From NCBI GenBank assembly GCA_965223545.1, contig OZ245006.1, positions 7,872,001-7,936,000 on the forward strand: DNA of 64,000 bases, in the 5' to 3' direction. The first letter of the stretch is position 1, and every line of letters starts with the position of its first letter. The position numbers were made by a program, and so were the translations under genes. The notes beneath the pieces are model-generated. The model was given only the letters and a program-made list of their open reading frames with translations, had not been told where the DNA came from and made no database searches. Positions 19,213 to 29,593 of this stretch are shown one piece after another. Source of the stretch: Planctomycetota bacterium. GTDB lineage: Bacteria; Planctomycetota; UBA1135; UBA2386.

Positions 19213-20739
19213 TCAGGAATCGCCCAACGCCGCGCGCGCGCCCAGTACCCCGGCGCCGCCGGCGAACGGACCGCCAGGGTGGCTGCCGGCGCCGCACGAG
19301 TAGAGGCCGGCGACCGGGGTCGCGTAGCGGCTGAGGGCCAGGGCGGGCCGCTGCAGCAGCAGCTGGTCCAACGCCAGCTCGCCGCGGTAGAGGTGGCCGC
19401 CGCGGAGTCCGTAGCGGGTCTCGAGATCGGCGGGTGTGAGCAGCTGCTCGGCGTGCACCAGAGTGGTCGTGCCGGGGACAGCGGCATCGAGCGCCGCAAC
19501 GATGCGGCGGCGTAGATCGGCGCGCGCGGCGTCGTCCCAACCGCCGCGCAGCGCGTGGCTGATGCCGTGCACGTGCACCGAGAGGGTGCCCGCCCCCGCC
19601 GGAGCGCAGCCGGGGTCGCTGCGGTGCCAGAGGCGCACGTCGAGCCACGGCGCGGCGCAGAGCTCGCCGTACTTGAGCGCGTCGGCGGCGCGCTCCAAGG
19701 TCTCGGGGTCGGTGGCGGTGACGAAGCGGTGGACGTCGCCGGGCAGTCGGTCGAGGTCGCCGCGCAGTGCCAGCAGCAGAACGGCCGAGCTACCGCGGGC
19801 GCGGAGGTGGTGCAGCTCGGTCTCCACCGGTCGCGGCAGCAGACCCGCCGGCAGCAGGTCGAGGAGGGTGTGCTGCGGGTCGAGCGCTGACAGCACCAGG
19901 GGCGCGGCCAGCTCGGTGCCGTCGCGCAGCGCGACCCCGGCCACCGCGGGAGTGGAGCCGGCCACGGTGGTGATGCGCGCCGCCTCGGCCTCCAGCAGAA
20001 AGCGGACGCCGAGGGTTCGGCAGCGCTGCTCCAGGGCGGCGCACACGGCTGCGGGGCCACCGACCGGTTCGTCGCCGCGCGCGGCCTCGCGCAGCAAGAG
20101 CAGTGCGGTGGTGCCCGCGGCGCGCGGGCCGACGACGGTGCCACAGAGAGCGGGTGCGCACAAGCCGGCGCGCAGCGCTGGATCGGCGAACCACTCGCCC
20201 AGCCAGTCGTGTGCGGGCAGGTTGGCGATCCGCAAGAGCTCGTGCAGGTCGCGCTTTCCCAGCCGGCGCAGTGCCCAGCCGCGTCGCGCCAGGCCCAGCG
20301 CGTCGCGCCAACCCAGCTGCTCGGTCATCGGTGGGGGACTGTCGAGCAGGTCGGCAACGACGTGGGTCAGGCGGTCGATGGATGCCCGCCATCGTTCGTA
20401 CGCCGCGGCGTCGGCCCCGGTGCCACCGGCATCGCGCGACAGCGCGGTGCGGACATCGCCCTCGGCGACCACGTGCAGCGCGCCGCGGTCCGCGCGCCAG
20501 GAGACGTCGTGTTCACCCAACGCCGTCGCCAGCAGTCCGCGGCGCAGCAGCCCGGGATCGTGCAGCAGGCCCGGCACCACGTGCCCGTCGGCAAGGGGCA
20601 CGGCCGCCGCGATCCCGCCCGTCTGCGGCGCGCCGTCCACGACGGTGACCTCGGCTCCTCCGCCGGCAAGCGTCGCTGCCGCCGCCAAGCCGTCGAGATC
20701 GGCCCCCAGCACCACCGCGCGTCGCTGGCCGTCGGCCAT
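19213..20739 (-). CDS. phytoene dehydrogenase-like FAD oxidoreductase with degenerate dinucleotide-binding motif
   Basis: Starts MADGQRRAVVLGADLDGL at ATG 20739; TPADLETRYGLRGGHLYRGEL, YATPVAGLYSCGAGSHPGG. Confidence 0.85.
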   Translation of the reverse strand: MADGQRRAVVLGADLDGLAAAATLAGGGAEVTVVDGAPQTGGIAAAVPLADGHVVPGLLHDPGLLRRGLLATALGEHDVSWRADRGALHVVAEGDVRTALSRDAGGTGADAAAYERWRASIDRLTHVVADLLDSPPPMTEQLGWRDALGLARRGWALRRLGKRDLHELLRIANLPAHDWLGEWFADPALRAGLCAPALCGTVVGPRAAGTTALLLLREAARGDEPVGGPAAVCAALEQRCRTLGVRFLLEAEAARITTVAGSTPAVAGVALRDGTELAAPLVLSALDPQHTLLDLLPAGLLPRPVETELHHLRARGSSAVLLLALRGDLDRLPGDVHRFVTATDPETLERAADALKYGELCAAPWLDVRLWHRSDPGCAPAGAGTLSVHVHGISHALRGGWDDAARADLRRRIVAALDAAVPGTTTLVHAEQLLTPADLETRYGLRGGHLYRGELALDQLLLQRPALALSRYATPVAGLYSCGAGSHPGGPFAGGAGVLGARAALGDS

Positions 20740-20741
20740 CG

Positions 20742-22328
20742 TCAGATCCTCGCCTTGCGCAGCATGGTTTTGGCGCACAGCGCCCCCGGCGCCCCCATCA
20801 GCCCGCCGCCGGGGTGCGCGCCGGAGCCCGCCAGCCAGAGGTTGGCGATCGGGGTCGCGTGGCGCGCCCACCCAGCCGCTGGGCGCAAGAACGCCATCTG
20901 GTCCAGGGTCAGCTCGCCGTGGAAGATGTTGCCCTCGGTGAGGCCGAACTCCTGCTGCAGGTCCCACGGAGTCAGCACCTGGCGGTGCAGGATCAGGTCG
21001 CGGAGATCGGGTACGTATTCGGCGAGGGTGTCGACGACCGTGTCGCCGAAGGCCTCGCGCTGGGCCGGCCAATCGTCGGCGCCGGTGGACAGGTCGTACG
21101 GCGCGTACTGCACGAAGCACGACATCACGTGTTTGCCCGGCGGCGCGACCGTGGGATCGACCGTCGACGGAATCACCACGTTGATGTAGGGCCGGCGCGA
21201 GAAGGAGCCGTACTTGGCTTCGTCGTACGCGCGCTCGAGGTACTCGACGCTGGGCGCGATCGCGATGTCGCCGCGCAGGTGCTCGTCGCCCGGGCGGCAG
21301 GCGAACTCCGGCAAGCGATCGAGCGCCAGGTTGACCTTGCCCGAGCTGCCGCGAAACCGGTAGCGCTGGATCGCGCGGGAAAACTCGTCGGGAAGATGGT
21401 CGGCGCCGACGAAGCCGAGGAACGTCCGGCGTGGGTCGCAGCCGGAGATCACGTGCTTGGCCCGCACCACGTCGCCGTTTGCCAGCACCACGCCGGTGGC
21501 GCGCTGGCCGCGCACCTCGATGCGCTCGATCGGCGCCTCGGTGCGGATCTCCGCCCCGAAGTGGCGCGCGGCCGCGGCGATCGCGTTGCTCACCCCACCC
21601 GTGCCGCCGCGCTGGAATCCCCAGCTGCGGAACGCGCCGTCGATCTCGCCCATGTAGTGGTGCAGCAGGACGTACGCCGTGCCGGGCGAGCGCACACCCA
21701 AGAAGGTGCCGATGATGCCGCTCACCGACATCGGTGCTTTGAGCTCGTCCGACTCGAACCACTCGTCGAGGAAGTCGATGGCGCTCATCGTCAGCAGCTT
21801 GAGCCGCAACTCGCGCTGCGCCGTATCGGCATCCCCGAAGCGGCGGCCGAGCCGCAGCAGGTGACTCAGCTCGCCGGGGTGCAGGCTGGTCGGCTCTGGA
21901 GCGGGCGCGTCGATGATGGGGCGGACGAAGCGTCCGATCTTCGACATCGCCTGGCTGAACTCGGCCAGCGTCTCGGCGTCGCGCCGGCTGAACGCCGCCA
22001 CCTCGTCGCGGGTGCGGGCGGCGTCCGACCAGCGGCACATCGAACGGCCGTCGGGCAGCGGCAGGAACGACGACTCCAGCGGGATCAGGTCGAGACCGAA
22101 GCGCGGCAGCTGCAGCTCACGGATGATCCACGGCCGCAGCAGACTGACGACGTAGCTGCACACCGAGTAGGTGAAGCCGTCGTACAGCTGCTCGCTCACC
22201 GCGGCGCCGCCGAGCACGTGGCGGCGCTCGAGCACGAGGACGCGACGCCCGGCCTTGGCGAGATAGGCGGCGCAGACCAGGCCGTTGTGTCCACCGCCGA
22301 CGATCACCGCATCCCAGAGCTGCGCCAT
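20742..22328 (-). CDS. phytoene dehydrogenase-like (PYROXD2-type) FAD oxidoreductase
   Basis: MAQLWDAVIVGGGHNGLVCAAYLAKAG, TAYVLLHHYMG, TPWDLQQEFGLTEGNIFHGELTLDQ, GSGAHPGGG. Confidence 0.9.
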   Translation of the reverse strand: MAQLWDAVIVGGGHNGLVCAAYLAKAGRRVLVLERRHVLGGAAVSEQLYDGFTYSVCSYVVSLLRPWIIRELQLPRFGLDLIPLESSFLPLPDGRSMCRWSDAARTRDEVAAFSRRDAETLAEFSQAMSKIGRFVRPIIDAPAPEPTSLHPGELSHLLRLGRRFGDADTAQRELRLKLLTMSAIDFLDEWFESDELKAPMSVSGIIGTFLGVRSPGTAYVLLHHYMGEIDGAFRSWGFQRGGTGGVSNAIAAAARHFGAEIRTEAPIERIEVRGQRATGVVLANGDVVRAKHVISGCDPRRTFLGFVGADHLPDEFSRAIQRYRFRGSSGKVNLALDRLPEFACRPGDEHLRGDIAIAPSVEYLERAYDEAKYGSFSRRPYINVVIPSTVDPTVAPPGKHVMSCFVQYAPYDLSTGADDWPAQREAFGDTVVDTLAEYVPDLRDLILHRQVLTPWDLQQEFGLTEGNIFHGELTLDQMAFLRPAAGWARHATPIANLWLAGSGAHPGGGLMGAPGALCAKTMLRKARI

Positions 22329-23527
22329 CAGGCCTTCTTTCGCTCCGGGTCGAAGAACGGCAGCGGGGTGACCACGGCGGCGGCCGTGTGGCGTTCGTAC
22401 TCGCAGGTGACCTCGATCGAGATCGTCGTGCCGGGGGCGGCGTGTGCCGCATCGATGGTGCCCAGCGCCAAGTACTGCTTGAGCAGCGGCGACCAGGCGC
22501 GGCTGGTCGCGTAGCCGATCTGCGCGCCGCCGTGCAGCAGCGGGACACCTTCGCGGCAGGTCTCGGTGGCCAAGTGGGGCACCAGGCCGAAGCGGTCGTG
22601 GATCTCTTCGAAGGCGTCCCAGTCGACCACCAGGCCGACGAACGCGCGCCGGCGCCCGGCCTGCCGCTCGCGGAGCAGCGCTTGCTGGCCGACGAACGGC
22701 TCGCGTTCGAGCTGCAGCATCCAGTCGAAGCCGAGCTCGGCAGGCGTCGACTTCTGCCGTTCGATGAACGCGTGCCGCGCCGGGGTGTAGTCGACGCCGT
22801 TCAGCACGAAGCCGGCTTCGACGCGGGAGACGTCGAGTGCGTCGAGGCCCATCGGCAGCAGCCCGTGCGGGCGGCCGGCCTCGAGGACCGCGTCGAGCAG
22901 GGCGATGGCACGGTCGTTCTCGACCCACAGCTCGTAGCCGAGGTCACCGGTGTAGCCGGTGCGTGTCACGACCCCCTCGGCGCTGCCGCCATCGAGGCCG
23001 AAGCGGGCGGGCATGGCGCGAAAGAAGCGCAGCGCGTCGATGCCGCCGCCGACCACCGGCCGCAACACGTCGCGCGCCCGCGGGCCCTGCACCGCGAGTG
23101 CGGCGAGGGATCGGCTGACGTCGTCGATGCGGACGTCGAGGTCGCGGGCGTGGTCGGTCAGCCAGGCGTAGGTCGGCTCGGCCGAGGTCAACCGCAGGTG
23201 GTCATCCGCCAGTACCGAGACGGTGCCGTCGTCGAGCACCTTGCCGGCGTGGTCGGTCCAGCAGACGTAGCTGACCCGGCCGACTGCGTGTCGGGTGAAG
23301 TCGCGGACGCTGATTCGGGACAGCAGCGCACGGGCGCCCTGGCCCCGGATCTCGTACTTGTAGAGCGGAGTCGCATCCATCACCGTCGCTTGATGGCGCA
23401 GCGCGTAGTACTCGCGGTCTACGTAGGTGTCGTAGCGCCGCACCGCGTGGCAGCCGGCCCATTCCTTGAACGCCAAGCTGGTGCACAGGGCGTGGGTGCG
23501 CGCGTGGAAGGCGGTGGGTTGGGGCAT
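22328..23527 (-). CDS. GcvT-family aminomethyltransferase
   Basis: EYYALR, DATPLYKYEIRG, GKVLDDG, TRTGYTGDLGYEL, RVEAG, PFFDPERKKA; stop overlaps next start. Confidence 0.9.
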   Translation of the reverse strand: MPQPTAFHARTHALCTSLAFKEWAGCHAVRRYDTYVDREYYALRHQATVMDATPLYKYEIRGQGARALLSRISVRDFTRHAVGRVSYVCWTDHAGKVLDDGTVSVLADDHLRLTSAEPTYAWLTDHARDLDVRIDDVSRSLAALAVQGPRARDVLRPVVGGGIDALRFFRAMPARFGLDGGSAEGVVTRTGYTGDLGYELWVENDRAIALLDAVLEAGRPHGLLPMGLDALDVSRVEAGFVLNGVDYTPARHAFIERQKSTPAELGFDWMLQLEREPFVGQQALLRERQAGRRRAFVGLVVDWDAFEEIHDRFGLVPHLATETCREGVPLLHGGAQIGYATSRAWSPLLKQYLALGTIDAAHAAPGTTISIEVTCEYERHTAAAVVTPLPFFDPERKKA

Positions 23528-23621
23528 GCGAGGCCGCGCCGCAGGCATGGGCCCGCGACGACGAGCGGAAGGTAGCGCGCATCCGCGCAGCGGCAAAGCG
23601 CGGAGTGGATGGGCGAACGCG

Positions 23622-25253
23622 TCAGCCGCCGGTGCGACAGAAGCACGAGCCCGGGATCTCGACGTCGGCGTGGGCCCATGCTTTGGCGAAACGCGCCCGC
23701 ATCTGCTCGGCCTCGGCGTGGCGACCCAGCTCGGCCAGGCACTCGGCCAGGCCGTGCAGGGCCCAGCCGTTCTCCGGATAGCGCTCGAGGTTGGCGCGGT
23801 AGACCTGCTCGGCCGCGGTGAAACGGCCGCGCTCGGTCAGCAGCGCACCGAGGGCGTGCCGGGCGGGCTCCATCCAACCCCAGGGCTCGTCGTAGTTGAG
23901 CGACAGGTCGAGCTCGACCGCGCGCTGCAAGAGCGCGAAGGCGCGCTCGTCGTTGCCGCGCCGATACTCGAGCTCGCCTTCCAGCACTGCCTCGGCCACC
24001 GCGAGAATCTCGGCCACCGAGTTGTTGAACAGCAATCGCGACTCGGGCACCGCGGCGCGGGCGTCGCGGAACGCGACCAGCGTGTCGGCCGCCTCATCGA
24101 CCTGACCGAGGGCTGCCTGCGCCAGACCGCGCGCGTAGGTCCAGACCGCTCGGGTCGCCAGCAGGTCGGTGTCCGGCTCGGGCTCGGCCAGCAAGTCTTG
24201 CCACAGCCCGAAGCGCACCATGACGTGGTACGGAGTGGCGTGGAAGATATCGAGGAAGTCGATCGCCTCCTGGGCGAGTCCCGCCGGGATCTCTTCGACC
24301 AAGCGCCGCGCGGCGCGCAGCGCCATGGCACGCTGTCCGGTCCACATCGCGCCGTAGGCGACAAAGTGGTAGTTGTGCAGTCGGTAGAGGCTGTAGAAGT
24401 TCTCGCGGCCGGCGTGACGGACGTAGATCTCGTCGAGCGCGACCGCGCGTTCGTTGACGCGGATGAGGTCCTGGTAGAGCCCGGCCCACAGGTAGATGTG
24501 GCTCGGCATGTGCACGAGATGGCCGAGCCCCGGCGCGAGCTGCTCGAGCCGTCGCGCCGCTGGCAGGGCCGCGCGCAGCTCGGGCCCGGCCTCCATCGCG
24601 TGGATGTAGAGGTGGCACAGCGCGGGGTGATCCGGCCAACGCAAGAGCGCCGGCTCCAAGACCGTGCGGATCTCGGCGGTCTCGGGGGCAGGTGTGCCGT
24701 CGGGCGCCCACAGCTTCCACGGCCGCAGCATCATCAGCGCCTCCGCCGTGAGAGCGGCGACATCGTCGTCGTCGGGATGCGCCCGGTGCACCGCGCGCAT
24801 CGCCTCGGCGTACGCGGCTTCGACCGGCGGCCGGTCGACGAGGGCGTCGGACGGGTAGCGCACCTGTAGCGCATCGATGAGCGCGCGCTCGACCGGCGAG
24901 GCACCGGTGGCCAAGGCCGCGGCGCGGCGGCTCGCCTCGAAGGTGGTGCGCGCCGTCTCGTCGGTCATCTCGACGTTGTTGTAGTTGGGACCGGCGGCGT
25001 AGCCGATGCCCCAGTGCGGCATCGCGCACTCGGGGTCGAGCTCGGCGGCGATGCCGAAGCACCGGATCGCCTCTTCGTGGTTGAAGCCGTAGGTCAGCGC
25101 CAGTCCGCGGTCGAACCAGCGCTGCGCGTCGGCCGAGGCGGTGTGGATCGGAAAGTGGACGTCGCCGATGTCGTAGACCGTGGCGCTGGGCGATTGCAGC
25201 GAGCGGCAGGCGGTGATCGCGGCGACCAGACAGAGGGAAAGGGGCAAGCGCAT
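23622..25253 (-). CDS. TPR-repeat lipoprotein
   Basis: Lipobox-like ITAC; AQRWFDRGLALTYGFNHEEA, HLYIHAME, HLVHMPSHIY, NYDEPWGW, PENGWAL. Confidence 0.8.
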   Translation of the reverse strand: MRLPLSLCLVAAITACRSLQSPSATVYDIGDVHFPIHTASADAQRWFDRGLALTYGFNHEEAIRCFGIAAELDPECAMPHWGIGYAAGPNYNNVEMTDETARTTFEASRRAAALATGASPVERALIDALQVRYPSDALVDRPPVEAAYAEAMRAVHRAHPDDDDVAALTAEALMMLRPWKLWAPDGTPAPETAEIRTVLEPALLRWPDHPALCHLYIHAMEAGPELRAALPAARRLEQLAPGLGHLVHMPSHIYLWAGLYQDLIRVNERAVALDEIYVRHAGRENFYSLYRLHNYHFVAYGAMWTGQRAMALRAARRLVEEIPAGLAQEAIDFLDIFHATPYHVMVRFGLWQDLLAEPEPDTDLLATRAVWTYARGLAQAALGQVDEAADTLVAFRDARAAVPESRLLFNNSVAEILAVAEAVLEGELEYRRGNDERAFALLQRAVELDLSLNYDEPWGWMEPARHALGALLTERGRFTAAEQVYRANLERYPENGWALHGLAECLAELGRHAEAEQMRARFAKAWAHADVEIPGSCFCRTGG

Positions 25254-25286
25254 GGGGAACCTCCGGCGGCATGATAGGTTGGTTCC

Positions 25287-26612
25287 GTGTGTCGACAAAG
25301 CAACCGTCCTGCCGCGCTGCGCCTGCGCGTTCCTCGGCGCCTTTCCGCCTGCTTCTGCACGCTGCTGATTGCGCTCAGCGTCTCCGCGCAAGAGCCCGTT
25401 GACTCAGCGCCGACATCACCTGCGGAAGGCGTCCGTCACTGGAACCAGTGGCGCGGGCCGGACCGCTCGGGCCACAGTCCCGCGCCCGCATGGCCGGCCG
25501 CGCTCGAGGGCAGGCTGCGCGAAACGTGGCGCGTCGAGCTCGGCGCCGGCTACTCCGGTCCGGTCGTCGATGGTGCGCGCGTCTACACGCTGGAGACCGA
25601 GGACGGCAGCCGCGAAGTGGCGCGCGCGTTCGACCGCGAGACGGGCGAACCGCGGTGGGCGGTGGCTTGGGAGGGCGCGATCCAAGTGCCACCGTTCGCT
25701 GCCCGCAACGGATCGTGGACGCGGTCGACGCCAGTCGTCGCGGGCGGCGCGGTGTACTTCGGCGGCATGCGCGACGTGTTGGTCTGCCTGGATGCGGGCA
25801 CGGGAGCCGAGCGGTGGCGGGTGGACTGCGCCACCCGCTTCGATGCACCGCGGCCCGAGTTCGGCCTGGTGTGCTCACCGCTGGTGGACGGCGGTTGCCT
25901 GTACGTGCAGGCTGGCGGTGGGGTGCTGTGTCTGGATGCCGCCGATGGAACCACGCGGTGGCGCGCGCTGGCGGACGAGGCCGGCGAAGGTGTGTTCGGC
26001 GGGGCGTTCGCCTCGCCGGTGATGGCCGAGCTCGCCGGCCGGCGCATGTTGCTGGTGCAGGGCAGGACGCGGCTGCACGGTCTGGACCCCGATAGCGGTG
26101 CGGTGCTGTGGTCGCGCGCCGTGCGCACCGACCGGGGGATGAACATCTTGACCCCGCAGCCGTTCGGCGACGGCGTCTTCACCACCGCCTACGGCGGCCG
26201 CGCGGTGTTCTTCGAGCTCGCGGTGGACGAGGAGTCGGGCGCGGTGCGGGCGGCCGAGGGTTGGCGCGGGCGCGCCCAGGGCTTCATGACGTCGCCGGTC
26301 GTCGTCGACGGCGACGCGTACCTGTTCCTGCGCAGCCAGCGGTTCAGTTGTGTCGATCTTGTAACTGGAGCGACCCGGTGGACGTCCGGCCCGATGGGGG
26401 ACCGCTACTGGTCGTTGGTGGCGCAGGGCGATCGGATCCTGGCGCTGGCCGATACCGGTGTGCTGCGCTTGATCCGCGCGTCGCCCGAGAGCTGCCGCGT
26501 CGAGGAGCGAGTGCAGCTGGCCGACGACGACACTTGGGCCCACCTGGCAGTGGACGGCGGTCAGATCTTCGTCCGCGCGCTGCACGCGTTGGTCGCGTAC
26601 GAGTGGCGCTGA
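25287..26612 (+). CDS. PQQ-binding-like beta-propeller (BamB-like) protein; start uncertain
   Basis: WNQWRGPDRSG, GYSGPVV, repeated LDAxTGxxRW units, WAHLAV. Confidence 0.85.
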   Translation: MCRQSNRPAALRLRVPRRLSACFCTLLIALSVSAQEPVDSAPTSPAEGVRHWNQWRGPDRSGHSPAPAWPAALEGRLRETWRVELGAGYSGPVVDGARVYTLETEDGSREVARAFDRETGEPRWAVAWEGAIQVPPFAARNGSWTRSTPVVAGGAVYFGGMRDVLVCLDAGTGAERWRVDCATRFDAPRPEFGLVCSPLVDGGCLYVQAGGGVLCLDAADGTTRWRALADEAGEGVFGGAFASPVMAELAGRRMLLVQGRTRLHGLDPDSGAVLWSRAVRTDRGMNILTPQPFGDGVFTTAYGGRAVFFELAVDEESGAVRAAEGWRGRAQGFMTSPVVVDGDAYLFLRSQRFSCVDLVTGATRWTSGPMGDRYWSLVAQGDRILALADTGVLRLIRASPESCRVEERVQLADDDTWAHLAVDGGQIFVRALHALVAYEWR

Positions 26613-26690
26613 GGCCGCTGCCGGCTGCACAAAGAAGACCCGGGTCCCTAAGATGCCGGCCCCGTTCTGGCTTCTGTCCGAGGTGGTCTG

Positions 26691-28520
26691 ATGTTGTTCG
26701 CTCGTGGTGCCGTCGCGTTCCTTTTCACCGCCACACTGCTCGCTGCGCCGCAGGACGCGGGTGTGACGGACGACCGCGCCGCGCGCGAAGAGGCGTTTCG
26801 CGCGTTGATGTCGGGCGCGGTGCTGGCCGGTCACTTCACCGATTCGGCGTCGAGCCGGCCGCCGCAAGAGGAGCGCTACGCGATCGGCGAGGTGCGCAAG
26901 CTGCGCGGGGATCGGTGGCGGCTCGACACCAACATCCGCTACTCGGGCAAGGATCTCACCGTGCCGGTGGTGGTCGAGGTGCGTTGGGCCGGCGATACGC
27001 CGATGATCCAGCTCACCGACGTGGCGGTGCCGATGTTGGGCAAGTTCACCGCGCGCGTCCTGGTCTACGGGGATCGCTACGCGGGGACCTGGGCCGGGGC
27101 CGATCACGGTGGCCACTTGTTCGGCAAGATCGAGAAGGCGCCGCCGCAGGCGGCGGTGGTGGACGGCGCCGGTCGAGGAGGATGGTCGAACTGGCGCGGC
27201 CCGCTGGGTAGCGGTGCCGCCCCGGAATCGCGACCGCCGACCGAGTGGAGCGAAGATCGCAATCTGCGTTGGAAGGTCGAGCTGCCGGGTGCCGGCAGCT
27301 CGACTCCCGTGGTGTTCGGCGATCGCTTGTTCGTGACGTGTGCGATCGAGACCGACCAGCGCGGCGAGCCGTCGCAGTTGGAGCGCCCCGATGCCGGCGG
27401 CGAACGGTCGTCGCGGCCCGGCGGTGAGCGGCGCAACCGTCCGCGGCCGCCCGGCGGCGAAGCCGGCGAGCGGCGCGGCCCGCCGCGCGGTGGCTTCGGC
27501 GGTGGGCCGCCGACCACGGTTCTGCAGTACGCGGTCGTCGCGTTCGACCGGCAGAACGGCGAGCAGTTGTGGCAGACGGTGGTGGCCGAGGGCGTGCCGC
27601 ACGAACGCGGCCACGGCACCTCGACGCAGGCGCAGAACTCGGCGGTCACCGACGGCGAGCGCCTGTACGCGCACTTCGGATCGCGCGGCTTGCACTGCCT
27701 CGACCTGCAGGGCGAGGTCTTGTGGTCGGTGGACTTCGGTCCGATGTTCACCCGCCGGCAGTTTGGCGAAGGCAGCTCACCGGCGCTGTACGGCGACGCG
27801 CTCGTCGTGCCCTGGGATCACGAGGGCGACTCGTTCATCGCGGTGCTCGACAAGCACACCGGTGAGGAGCGCTGGCGGCAGCCGCGCGACGAGCCGACCA
27901 GCTGGGCGACGCCGGTCGTGGTCGAAGTCGATGGCAGGGCGCAGGTGATCCTGCCGGCGACCAACGCGAGCCGGGGTTACGACCTGGAAACCGGCGAGGA
28001 GGTCTGGAGCTGTACCGGGATGACGACCAACTGCATCCCCACCCCGATCCACCGCGATGGCGTCGTCTATCTGATGAGCGGCTTCCGCGGCAACGCGCTG
28101 CAGGCGATCCGGCTCAGCGGCGCGCGCGGAGTGCTCGACGGCACCGACCACGTGCTTTGGAGCCACAACCAGAACACGTCGTACGTGCCCTCGGCGCTGC
28201 TCTACGGCGAGCGACTGTACTTCCTGCGCAGCAACAACGGCGTGCTGTCGTGCCTCGACGCCGCCACGGGCAACGTGCACTACGAGGGCCAGCGGCTCGG
28301 CCTGCGCACGGTGTACGCCTCACCGGTGGGGGCCGGCGGTCACGTCTACCTCACTTCGCGCGACGGCAAGACCGTGGTGGTGGCCGACGGTGACGAGTAT
28401 CGCGTAGTCGCCGAGAACCAGCTCGACGACGTCTTCGACGCCAGCATCGCGGTGGTCGGCGACGTTCTCTATCTGCGCGGCCGGCAGCATCTCTACTGCG
28501 TCGCCGCTTCCTCGTCGTAG
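26691..28520 (+). CDS. PQQ-binding-like beta-propeller protein with extra N-terminal domain
   Basis: WSNWRGPLGSG, GSSTPVV, FGEGSSP, SWATP, YASPV; ~150-aa N-terminal domain and G/R/P-rich insert. Confidence 0.85.
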   Translation: MLFARGAVAFLFTATLLAAPQDAGVTDDRAAREEAFRALMSGAVLAGHFTDSASSRPPQEERYAIGEVRKLRGDRWRLDTNIRYSGKDLTVPVVVEVRWAGDTPMIQLTDVAVPMLGKFTARVLVYGDRYAGTWAGADHGGHLFGKIEKAPPQAAVVDGAGRGGWSNWRGPLGSGAAPESRPPTEWSEDRNLRWKVELPGAGSSTPVVFGDRLFVTCAIETDQRGEPSQLERPDAGGERSSRPGGERRNRPRPPGGEAGERRGPPRGGFGGGPPTTVLQYAVVAFDRQNGEQLWQTVVAEGVPHERGHGTSTQAQNSAVTDGERLYAHFGSRGLHCLDLQGEVLWSVDFGPMFTRRQFGEGSSPALYGDALVVPWDHEGDSFIAVLDKHTGEERWRQPRDEPTSWATPVVVEVDGRAQVILPATNASRGYDLETGEEVWSCTGMTTNCIPTPIHRDGVVYLMSGFRGNALQAIRLSGARGVLDGTDHVLWSHNQNTSYVPSALLYGERLYFLRSNNGVLSCLDAATGNVHYEGQRLGLRTVYASPVGAGGHVYLTSRDGKTVVVADGDEYRVVAENQLDDVFDASIAVVGDVLYLRGRQHLYCVAASSS

Positions 28521-29593
28521 GGTGGCAGTGGCGTTCCGGCATCGGGGTCGAGCCACCAGATGTTGCCGGTGTCGTCGCCCGCCGCGATGCATCGGCTGTC
28601 GGGAGAGATCGCGACGCAGCGCACCGGCGCGTCCGCGGTCAACAGGCGTCGCCGCTGGCCGGAGGACAGGTCGATGGTGACCACGCGGCCGCCGCCGTCA
28701 CCGGCGACGGCAAAGCGCCCGTCGGGAGCGATCGCCACGCACCAGATCCACTCGCCGCCGCCGTCGTGGAGGACGCGGGCGCGCGCTTGCTCGGTGCCGT
28801 GGGGCAACCACCATTGCCGCAGCCGGGTGTCCTCGCCCGCGCCCAGCACGGTGCGGCCGCGCATGGCCACGGCGGTCTGCTGCCGGCTGTGCTCGAAGGG
28901 CAACCGCGGCGCGGGATTGCCGAGCTGGAAGACCACCGTGTCGCCGGACCGGTGCGCCGCCACGATGTGGCGCTCGGCGCCGGTGGCGAGCGCGCGGAGC
29001 CAGCCGTCGCCGTTGTGGACGGATTCTGGGGCGCGGTCGATGTGCCAGCGGTAGAGCGTGCCGAAGGCGGCGCGTCGGGTGCCGGCCAAGACGGTGTCGC
29101 CGGTGACCGCGGCCAGGCACAGTACCCGGCCGTCGATCGGGGTCGTGGCGTCGTGTCGCAGCGGCGAGCGCTGCGTGCCGCGTTCGTCGATGTGGATGGC
29201 GTGCAGGCTCGAGCCGGGGCCGGCGACCACCGTGCGGCGGCCGGCGAATACCAGCGCGCGGAGCTCGTCCTCGAAACGGAGGAGCGCGGGAGCCGGCCGG
29301 ACGGCGTCGCGCGGATGCAGGTGCAGGGCGCCGTCGGCACCCCCCGACGCCAACACCGCGCCGTCGGGCGCGAAGGCCAGCGCGAGGACCGGGCCGTCGT
29401 GTGCCGGCAACGCGAGCTGGTGCGGCACGCGTGGAGCGGGCGTGGTGCAGGCGGCGACGGTCGCTACCAAGACCAGTGCCGCAGCTCGCCGTCGCGGCCG
29501 AGCGAGCGCATGCGTCGCCGCCCGTCGAAGCGCACCGCGAGCACGGCGCCGTCGTGGCCGGCCCACTCGATTCGTCGTCGGTTTGCTTGCCAT
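28493..29593 (-). CDS. WD40-repeat lipoprotein; start uncertain
   Basis: VAAC lipobox; AHDGPVLALAFAPDG..LASGGADG, WIWCVAIAPDG, VRCVAISPDS. Confidence 0.8.
   Translation of the reverse strand: MASKPTTNRVGRPRRRRARGALRRAATHALARPRRRAAALVLVATVAACTTPAPRVPHQLALPAHDGPVLALAFAPDGAVLASGGADGALHLHPRDAVRPAPALLRFEDELRALVFAGRRTVVAGPGSSLHAIHIDERGTQRSPLRHDATTPIDGRVLCLAAVTGDTVLAGTRRAAFGTLYRWHIDRAPESVHNGDGWLRALATGAERHIVAAHRSGDTVVFQLGNPAPRLPFEHSRQQTAVAMRGRTVLGAGEDTRLRQWWLPHGTEQARARVLHDGGGEWIWCVAIAPDGRFAVAGDGGGRVVTIDLSSGQRRRLLTADAPVRCVAISPDSRCIAAGDDTGNIWWLDPDAGTPLPPYDEEAATQ

Noticed and set aside
19213..22328. Carotenoid biosynthesis cluster
   Set aside because: No crtB/crtE/crtY in the window; context is GcvT-linked
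29464..29593. 130-bp overlap of the two WD40 genes as a fusion or programmed frameshift
   Set aside because: Second gene has its own lipobox; more likely an uncertain start; no slippery site seen
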